Shown piece by piece: positions 44,630-51,667 of a DNA stretch of 64,000 nucleotides. Each line of letters starts with the position of its first letter. Position 1 is the stretch's first letter. The notes beneath the pieces were generated by a model. It did not search any database. It was not told the origin of the DNA and saw only the letters and a program-made list of their open reading frames with translations. Made by a program: the position numbers and the translations under genes. Origin of the DNA: Prochlorococcus sp. AG-409-D09 (GTDB lineage: Bacteria > Cyanobacteriota > Cyanobacteriia > PCC-6307 > Cyanobiaceae); assembly GCA_003215935.1 (NCBI GenBank), contig QCJQ01000001.1, forward strand, positions 11,731 to 75,730, written 5' to 3'.

Positions 44630-45199
44630 ATGAATAGTAATAACAAAGATTCAATACCAACTTATTTTCCAAGAATTTTTTTGCTTATTTCTAGTTTAAT
44701 TCTAGCAGGATTAATTTTTTTCCTCAAAGGTGGCTATTCTTCTCAGTCTCAATTAGACCACTTATCTAGACAATCATTGAGTCCAGATATTGCTCTTGCA
44801 AATGGTAAGCCTACAATTTTTGAATTTTATGCTGACTGGTGTGAAGTATGTAGAGAAATGGCACCTTATATGTCATCTGTAAAAGCGAAGAAAGAGGGAC
44901 AAATTGATGTTGTTTTACTAAACATAGATAATCCTCAATGGGAAGATCTTGTCGAAAAGTATGAGGTGAATGGTATTCCTCAACTTAACTTATTTGATAA
45001 AAACTCTGTTCCAATAGGGGTTTCATTAGGAATAAAAAATGAATATGAGCTAAGTGAAATCTTTAATTCAATGATTCAAGAAACACCTTTACCAGACTTG
45101 TCAGGCATTTCTCAATTTTCTACAAAAACTAAAAGCCTTAATACTCAAATTAATCAATTTTCTCAAAATAAGATTATTTCACCTCGCTCTCATGGATGA
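44630..45199 (+). CDS. txlA: Membrane-anchored thioredoxin-like protein (TxlA/TlpA type)
   Basis: 189 aa. An N-terminal TM segment, then FYADWCEVCREMAP (CxxC thioredoxin-fold motif). Confidence 0.8.
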   Translation: MNSNNKDSIPTYFPRIFLLISSLILAGLIFFLKGGYSSQSQLDHLSRQSLSPDIALANGKPTIFEFYADWCEVCREMAPYMSSVKAKKEGQIDVVLLNIDNPQWEDLVEKYEVNGIPQLNLFDKNSVPIGVSLGIKNEYELSEIFNSMIQETPLPDLSGISQFSTKTKSLNTQINQFSQNKIISPRSHG

Positions 45200-45201
45200 A
45201 A

Positions 45202-45837
45202 CTATTTCCATGCTAACGATTGAGAAACAATTGGGAAATATTGACAGAATATCTTTTTGCAACCTTCGGCAATCTCCATATGTTCTTTTTGAGTACCATG
45301 GCCACTTCTTAAATTTATATAATGTATCCAAGATCTGCAGGAACCTGTCATATATATCCTTGTAGGAGTTGCTAAAGGTAGAACAAAACGGGCGCATTCT
45401 TTTGCTATTCCTTCTTTAAGCATTTCTTCATAAAGTTGTTTGCTTTGATGGAAATGCTCGCTAATTTTAACTTCAAATTTATTTTTAAGGCTTTCTGAAA
45501 TATCTGCTATTGAATTTTGTCTATTTTTATTATCTTGTCTTCTTAGTTCAGGGGTTGGTATAGTTCCTAGTTGAGAACTACTTGCATAGCGCTGAGAGAA
45601 TTCTTGAAATGTAAAAGATCTGTGACGTAAGATTTGAGCAGCAATTCCTCTATTAGTTTCAATCTGAAGTGTCATATAAGCTTGTTCAAAAACACTCCAA
45701 TGTTCATGTTTAATGCAATATTTTAATAGTTTGGAAAAATCCTCATTATCTTGATTATTTGGATTACTTACCCTTGCAATATAGGCCATGCTTTTTTCTG
45801 CATCTGGCGTGGCAGTAATAAATTCTACTAGACTCAT
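45202..45837 (-). CDS. thyX: FAD-dependent thymidylate synthase
   Basis: 211 aa. RHRSFTFQEFSQRY matches the ThyX signature RHRxxSxxxxSxR. Confidence 0.93.
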   Translation of the reverse strand: MSLVEFITATPDAEKSMAYIARVSNPNNQDNEDFSKLLKYCIKHEHWSVFEQAYMTLQIETNRGIAAQILRHRSFTFQEFSQRYASSSQLGTIPTPELRRQDNKNRQNSIADISESLKNKFEVKISEHFHQSKQLYEEMLKEGIAKECARFVLPLATPTRIYMTGSCRSWIHYINLRSGHGTQKEHMEIAEGCKKIFCQYFPIVSQSLAWK

Positions 45838-45839
45838 AA

Positions 45840-46433
45840 TTAAACCTTTGCAAGGGTTACTTTTTCTGGCTGATGTTGATATTTACCTTTCCTATCGCTA
45901 TAAGTAGTTTCACAAGGATCTCCTTCGAAAAATAATAGTTGACAAATCCCTTCGTTTGCATAAATACGGCAATCTGCACCTGAACTATTACTAAATTCAA
46001 GAGTTAAGTGACCTTCCCAGCTGGCTTCTGCAGGGGTGGTGTTAACTATAATTCCAAGTCTTGCATATGTACTTTTCCCTAAACAAATAACTGTGATATT
46101 TGGGGGTACTTTCATTTTTTCTAAAGCAACTCCTAAACCATATGAGTGGGCAGGAAGTATGAAATATTCTCCATCTTTATCTTTATGTAATTCTGTTGCT
46201 TCTAAATTTGCAGGATTGAAGCTCTTGGGATTCATTACTGTTCCAGGCACATGTTTAAAAATAAGGAATTCATTTGAAGATAGCCTTAGGTCATATCCAT
46301 ATGATGAACATCCAAAACTAAGAACAGGAGATTTTTTTGAGGTTGCATCGAGATGACGAATTAATTTTTCTTCAAAGGGATTAAGCATCCCTTTGTAAGC
46401 TTGTTCTGTAATCCAGCGATCATTTTTTAGCAT
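45840..46433 (-). CDS. dcd: dCTP deaminase
   Basis: 197 aa. ...SSYGYDLRLS...GKSTYARLGI.VN.TPAE.SWEG.LTLEFSN. Confidence 0.9.
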   Translation of the reverse strand: MLKNDRWITEQAYKGMLNPFEEKLIRHLDATSKKSPVLSFGCSSYGYDLRLSSNEFLIFKHVPGTVMNPKSFNPANLEATELHKDKDGEYFILPAHSYGLGVALEKMKVPPNITVICLGKSTYARLGIIVNTTPAEASWEGHLTLEFSNSSGADCRIYANEGICQLLFFEGDPCETTYSDRKGKYQHQPEKVTLAKV

Positions 46434-46434
46434 T

Positions 46435-47028
46435 TTACGAGCAGCGTAATTCAGTGACTTGGTCAGCTATGGACATTATTTGAGAAGGAATAGAAGGTCC
46501 TGTCAAGATGATATCCATAGATGAATTGCGATTGTTGAGGGTTGAAATAACATCTTCTTCATTAATAAAACCCATTGATATAGCTAGCCCTATTTCATCA
46601 AGAACCAGCCGATCTACTAAACCTTTACAAAGCTTTGATTTGCAATAATTCCAAACCTCATTTATTACTTTTTTTTCTTCTTTTCTTTGCTCATTATCTA
46701 TTAGATTATTTTCTTTTGTAATACATGAATTTAAAGAAGGTCGAACCCATTCAAGACGACCACAAAGATTAACAGCATTGCTCGCTCCTTGATTTACTCC
46801 ACCTTTTAGAAATTGAGCAATTAAAACTTTGCTGCCTAATCCCGCAGATCTTAGTGCTTCACTCAGTACTACTGAGAAACTTCCTCTATAAGAGGCTGTA
46901 TGGATGTGCAGTTGACCTTGAGGTAATACTAATCTCAGTGAAGTTGGGTTGGGCAGAGGTCTTACTTGAGACGACTTTTGCCCTTGTTGGTATTCCTCAG
47001 AAGTATTAGAAGTAAAGCTTGTAGTCAT
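46435..47028 (-). CDS. CobA/CobO/BtuR-family corrinoid adenosyltransferase-like protein with a degenerate P-loop
   Basis: 197 aa. KVLIAQFLKGG, LVLDEIGLAISMGF and DIILTG align with CobA. The P-loop position reads HTASYRGSFS instead of TGNGKGKTT. Confidence 0.7.
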   Translation of the reverse strand: MTTSFTSNTSEEYQQGQKSSQVRPLPNPTSLRLVLPQGQLHIHTASYRGSFSVVLSEALRSAGLGSKVLIAQFLKGGVNQGASNAVNLCGRLEWVRPSLNSCITKENNLIDNEQRKEEKKVINEVWNYCKSKLCKGLVDRLVLDEIGLAISMGFINEEDVISTLNNRNSSMDIILTGPSIPSQIMSIADQVTELRCS

Positions 47029-47474
47029 TTTTGTTCCCCCTTACCCCACGTTACTCGTAAATATAGAGTTCTGCCGTATCTCTACAATATCTTTGACACT
47101 ATCTATAGTGTTTGATTTTTTTTTTAAAATCCATTAGGGAATTTTTGATTAAAAGACTTCTCAGACACAACTTTTGTGTAGTTGAAATCGTATAAAAGAA
47201 ACTTTTTTAGAGTTATGTGGGGATACTTTTCAAGAGTATATTTTTGGGAAGCGCTATGGGCTTTTAGCAAATGTCAATTGGATTGATCATATTTCCTGAG
47301 GATGTGAATTAGATAGCAATCAATTTAAGAATATCTTACTTTTGAATTAGATGGGTTGATTGGTGAATTGTCTTTTTCAAAAGACCCTGTTCGGCCAGTT
47401 CCCTGCAAAAAAGTCATTATGGCTACATATCTTTTTAACTTGAGTATTTACTCTTTTATGAAAGAAGTTCAACT

Positions 47475-48209
47475 ATGGTCACCTCAGAACGTGGCTTTAC
47501 TCGCTACAACAATCTAAATAGTGGCCAAATGAGTCCAAATGTAATTACTAAGCAATCTAGTGATCAAAAAACACTTTTGGATGTCATTCGAGGTTTGGAA
47601 GGATCTTCGACTGAAATCGTAGATAGATCTAAAACAATTTTTTTCCCTGGAGATCCTGCTGAAAAGGTTTATCTCATAAGAAGAGGTGCTGTTCGTTTAT
47701 CAAGAGTTTATGAATCTGGAGAGGAAATAACAGTTGCTTTATTAAGAGAAAATAGTCTATTTGGAGTGTTGTCTCTTTTGACAGGTCACCGCTCAGATCG
47801 TTTTTATCATGCTGTTGCTTTTACTAGAGTGGAAATGTTAACTGCTCCAGCTACTTCTGTAAGGAATGCAATAGAACAAGAAACTACAGTTGGATTGCTA
47901 TTGTTGCAGGGTTTGTCTAGTCGTATTTTGCAAACGGAAACAATGATTGAGACATTAACTCATAGAGATATGTCCTCAAGATTGGTCAGCTTTCTTTTGG
48001 TTCTTTGTAGGGATTTTGGAGTACCAGGTGAGCAAGGAATCACTATAGATTTACGGCTTTCTCATCAATCTATTGCAGAAGCTATTGGATCCACAAGAGT
48101 TACAATTACTCGGCTCTTAGGAGATTTACGTAATTCTGGATTATTGGCTATAGATAGAAAAAAAATAACTGTTTTTGACCCTATAGCCCTTGCGAAACGT
48201 TTTAACTAG
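47475..48209 (+). CDS. ntcA: Global nitrogen regulator NtcA (CRP/FNR family)
   Basis: 244 aa. cNMP-binding-like domain ([32 protein letters not shown]). C-terminal [28 protein letters not shown] is typical of NtcA. Confidence 0.93.
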   Translation: MVTSERGFTRYNNLNSGQMSPNVITKQSSDQKTLLDVIRGLEGSSTEIVDRSKTIFFPGDPAEKVYLIRRGAVRLSRVYESGEEITVALLRENSLFGVLSLLTGHRSDRFYHAVAFTRVEMLTAPATSVRNAIEQETTVGLLLLQGLSSRILQTETMIETLTHRDMSSRLVSFLLVLCRDFGVPGEQGITIDLRLSHQSIAEAIGSTRVTITRLLGDLRNSGLLAIDRKKITVFDPIALAKRFN

Positions 48210-48269
48210 AACTTTTATTACTGCAGGCTATTAAAGTTATTGTTTATATATCTAGTCTGATTTTTAACT

Positions 48270-49229
48270 GTGACAGGTTGGCTTCTAATTATCACGTTGC
48301 TAGTTCTAGGAGGCATCCTTTCTACTCTTGGTGATCGTCTAGGATCGAGGATAGGAAAGGCTCGGTTAAGTATATTTAAATTAAGACCTAGGCGAACAGC
48401 TGTTTTAATAACTGTTTTAACAGGAAGCCTTATAAGTGCTTTCTCTTTGGGCTTTATGTTGCTTGTAGATAAGGATTTACGAGTTGGGTTGTTTCAGATT
48501 AAAAAACTTAGGGCTAAAGAAAAGCTTCTCGAAATGAGAGTCAAACAAAGAGAAAATCAATTAAAGACATTTGAACAAAATGTAATTGCATTAAGAAGTG
48601 GAAATATGGTTCTTTCAAAAAATCAAATTTTAGCGACATCAATTTTCAAAAGTGATAATAAGAGTTCTCATAAAGAAAAAGTAGATAAATTGGTTCAGAG
48701 AGCAAATTTGGAGGCATTTAGAAGGGTTTTGCCAGGAGAGAAAGTTAATAGAAGAGTACTATTTATTCTAAAAGAAGATATTTCTAAGTTGGAACAAAGT
48801 ATTAATAAAGGTGGTTCTTGGGTTGTAAATATTCGTTCTTTAGGAAATGTGTTATTAGGTGAACAGAGAGTTCTGGCTTTTCTTGAAATAGGTCCCAATA
48901 AATTAATTACTAAGCAAGATGATATTTTAGCAAGAGCAGCTCTTAATTATAATGATTTAAATATAGATTCTTTGAATAGAATTATTCAATTGTTACTAGC
49001 ATCGACAAAAAAAGAAGTAAAGAGAAGGGGGTCATTAAGTAATAAATTCTATGGAAAGATGAGTCCTCAAATAAGGTTTAATTTTAAATCACTGCAGAAA
49101 TTAAAGAAGGAATTCTTATCTAATTCGAACTTATCAATTTATTTAGAAACTGTAGCAATTAGGAATAGTCAAACTTCTGAACCAATTGAAGTTTTGGTTA
49201 AACTAAATAGAGAATACAAAGTAAACTAG
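48270..49229 (+). CDS. Hypothetical membrane-anchored coiled-coil protein (DUF3084-like; GTG start)
   Basis: 319 aa. Two N-terminal TM segments, then a heptad-rich region. The family name is recalled from memory and not verified. Confidence 0.6.
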   Translation: MTGWLLIITLLVLGGILSTLGDRLGSRIGKARLSIFKLRPRRTAVLITVLTGSLISAFSLGFMLLVDKDLRVGLFQIKKLRAKEKLLEMRVKQRENQLKTFEQNVIALRSGNMVLSKNQILATSIFKSDNKSSHKEKVDKLVQRANLEAFRRVLPGEKVNRRVLFILKEDISKLEQSINKGGSWVVNIRSLGNVLLGEQRVLAFLEIGPNKLITKQDDILARAALNYNDLNIDSLNRIIQLLLASTKKEVKRRGSLSNKFYGKMSPQIRFNFKSLQKLKKEFLSNSNLSIYLETVAIRNSQTSEPIEVLVKLNREYKVN

Positions 49230-49237
49230 ATTTATTT

Positions 49238-49681
49238 ATGGCTATCTATATTGCTATTGACCCTGGTAAAGATAAATGTGGAGTATTGCTTGCAGACGAA
49301 ACAAATTATTGTGTTTTAAAGGGTTATGTTGTCAGTAAGTATTCAGTTTTAGATTTAATTTATGAATGGAATAAGAGTTATAAAGTGGATTTGATTTTGT
49401 TAGGTAATGGAACTTATAGTAGTTACTGGTTAGATAAGCTTAAAATTAGTGAATTGCCCTCAATAAAATTAATTGATGAATATAGAACTACTCTACGTGC
49501 AAGGGAAAGATATTGGCAGCTATGGCCTCCCAATTGTTTTTTAAGATGGATACCTAAAGGATTAATTCTTCCTTCAGAAAATTTGGATGCAGTGGCTGCT
49601 CTGATAATGATGGAAGATTATTTAAATAAGAAATTGTCTTGGCAAAAAAAAGATAGCTTTAAAACTTTGCCCGAATTGTAA
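49238..49681 (+). CDS. RNase H-fold, Holliday-junction-resolvase-like (YqgF/RuvX-like) protein
   Basis: 147 aa. The N-terminus IAIDPGKDKCGVLLADE resembles the first catalytic strand of YqgF/RuvC-like nucleases. Confidence 0.55.
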   Translation: MAIYIAIDPGKDKCGVLLADETNYCVLKGYVVSKYSVLDLIYEWNKSYKVDLILLGNGTYSSYWLDKLKISELPSIKLIDEYRTTLRARERYWQLWPPNCFLRWIPKGLILPSENLDAVAALIMMEDYLNKKLSWQKKDSFKTLPEL

Positions 49682-49916
49682 AAGTGTAATCTCCACCTGT
49701 CTCAAGATTGTAATCGGTTCTAACAAGAAACCTTTCTAAAGCATCTTTAATTAGGGCTCTTCCAAGAGGAGGCTCCACTATTAATTCTCCTTGTCCAAAT
49801 GCCCAAATAAATTTCCATTGAAAGTCTCCTGCTGTAATTTTTCCTTCCATGCATTGAGTAGAAAAACATTGATGCTCAACTATTACATGCGCTGTTGTAA
49901 TTGGCCCTTTATTCAT
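49659..49916 (-). CDS. Hypothetical small soluble protein
   Basis: 85-aa ORF. Its 3' end overlaps the convergent 49238..49681 gene by 23 nt. No motif recognised. Confidence 0.5.
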   Translation of the reverse strand: MNKGPITTAHVIVEHQCFSTQCMEGKITAGDFQWKFIWAFGQGELIVEPPLGRALIKDALERFLVRTDYNLETGGDYTFTIRAKF

Positions 49917-49932
49917 TATGATTCGAATTCCC

Positions 49933-50544
49933 TTAAATCTCTCTTGGTTGGTATGAATTGATTTGGTTAATAGTTTTATCTAATCCACATTCATCAATTA
50001 AATTTAATCCTTCAATCACTTCATTAATTACTTCATTAATGATTAAAGATTCTTTTGATGTGAATTGACCTAAAACATGAGATACAGTTTTAGCTTTTCT
50101 TTCTTCACTTGAGTCAGCTGGGGCTCCAATGCCAATTCTCAATCGCGAGAAGTCTTTTGTGCCAAGATGTTGAATTGTACTTTTTAAGCCATTGTGTCCT
50201 CCAGCGCCACCTCCTTTTCTCAGTCTTAGTTTGCCTAGAGGTAAATCCATATCATCTACTAGAACTAATAATTGATTTGTTTTTAGTCCAAACCAATCCA
50301 ATGTAGCTTTTATAGAACGACCACTTTCATTCATGAATGTTGTCGGGAGTAAAAGTCGTTTAATTACATCCCCACAACGAATTTCAGCTATTTCTCCCCA
50401 AACTTTTTTGCTTTGTTTAAAAGTAACTGATTCTTTAATTGCTAAATTTCTTAAAATTGAAAATCCTATATTATGTCTTGTCTGTTGGTATTTTTTACCA
50501 GGATTACCTAATCCAACTAATAAATTTATTTTTTGAGATGTCAT
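49933..50544 (-). CDS. pth: Peptidyl-tRNA hydrolase
   Basis: 203 aa. LLVGLGNPGKKYQQTRHNIGF, FMNESGRS and GHNGLKS motifs. Confidence 0.95.
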   Translation of the reverse strand: MTSQKINLLVGLGNPGKKYQQTRHNIGFSILRNLAIKESVTFKQSKKVWGEIAEIRCGDVIKRLLLPTTFMNESGRSIKATLDWFGLKTNQLLVLVDDMDLPLGKLRLRKGGGAGGHNGLKSTIQHLGTKDFSRLRIGIGAPADSSEERKAKTVSHVLGQFTSKESLIINEVINEVIEGLNLIDECGLDKTINQINSYQPREI

Positions 50545-50579
50545 TCTAATTTAAGTATTAGAAGAATTTTTTCATGTCA

Positions 50580-50825
50580 TTAAAGCTTGGTTTCGTCTGA
50601 ATTTGATTCATGAGTCTTTTCGACACTAGAGTTTTCTTCAATTGAATCTTCTTCATTCATAGCTTTTTGAATCTCACGTTCAAATTCAGTAGACGCAGAT
50701 TGTAGGCCTTTAAGTGTTTTGCCTAAGGTTCGCCCAAGTTCAGGAAGCCGTTTCGGTCCAAATATAACCAAAGCTAAACCTGCTATTACAGCTACCTCAG
50801 GCAAGCCAATGCCAAAGATATTCAT
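50580..50825 (-). CDS. tatA: Twin-arginine translocase subunit TatA/E
   Basis: 81 aa. MNIFGIGLPEVAVIAGLALVIFGPKRLPELGRTLGKTLKGLQ. Confidence 0.92.
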   Translation of the reverse strand: MNIFGIGLPEVAVIAGLALVIFGPKRLPELGRTLGKTLKGLQSASTEFEREIQKAMNEEDSIEENSSVEKTHESNSDETKL

Positions 50826-50858
50826 GAGCGAACCTCAGCAATTATTTTTGTATTTGTT

Positions 50859-51062
50859 TTAGCTAACTCCGTTCCAGTCAACTGAGAAGCCTTGTAGAAG
50901 GAGTGACTGGTTGTAAATTTGAAGCATGATTACAAGAAATACAAGAAGAAGTACTCCAATAAAAGCCATTACTGGTACTGCTCCCCAGCCAGGCACTACT
51001 TTGCCTTGACCAGAGTTGCCAATGGATTTAAGTAGACTGCCAAGAGCGGTTTTTTGTCCCAT
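50859..51062 (-). CDS. psbH: Photosystem II protein PsbH
   Basis: 67 aa. ...[42 protein letters not shown]. Confidence 0.93.
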   Translation of the reverse strand: MGQKTALGSLLKSIGNSGQGKVVPGWGAVPVMAFIGVLLLVFLVIMLQIYNQSLLLQGFSVDWNGVS

Positions 51063-51432
51063 GTTGATACTCAGGTCTCATTAATGTTTTGAGTCCCGAT
51101 ATTGTATGAGACCTTCCCCAAAAACAAGGCAGCACTGTTGAAACTTGTGATGGAAAATTTTGTTTCTACTAATGTTTCTTGGCTAAAAGGATAAGTTTAT
51201 CTTATGCTTTAAGTGCTTTAAAATTTTGAAAAAGAATTTTTATTTTAGTCAGATCCTATTGATAGCAGATTGTTTGGGTTGCTCGGAATGTTTTATGGCT
51301 TCAATTTATAGATGGTGAACTATGAAGTATTTCAATTCGTCTTATCCCAAATTCTGTAACACCTTTTTTACTCTTATTGGAGTTCTCTGCTTCATAGGAT
51401 AGGTTTAATTTCCCTAGAAGTGGTCAGAATCC

Positions 51433-51561
51433 ATGCTCGCCCTCAAGATTTCCGTATACACGGTCGTCTTCTTTTTTGTCGGAATCTTTTTATTTGGCTT
51501 CTTGGCTAGTGACCCAACTCGAACACCAAATAGGAAGGATTTAGAAAGCCCACAAGACTGA
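51433..51561 (+). CDS. psbI: Photosystem II protein PsbI
   Basis: Not in the ORF track (42 aa). My translation is [42 protein letters not shown], which closely matches the PsbI consensus MLTLKI.VY.VV.FF..LF.FGFLS.DP.RNP. Confidence 0.9.
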   Translation: MLALKISVYTVVFFFVGIFLFGFLASDPTRTPNRKDLESPQD

Positions 51562-51667
51562 TTAACATCAAGCTTGATTCAGCCTTGCTAGACACGACAA
51601 AGACTGGACTTGAATAGTCCTATCTTATCTATTGTCGTGTAATCATTTATAACGTCGCAATCAGGTT

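Noticed and set aside
47370-47530. About 55-codon plus-strand ORF ([30 protein letters not shown]...) overlapping the ntcA start out of frame
   Set aside because: It has no motif, overlaps the well-supported ntcA start region, and was probably created by chance.
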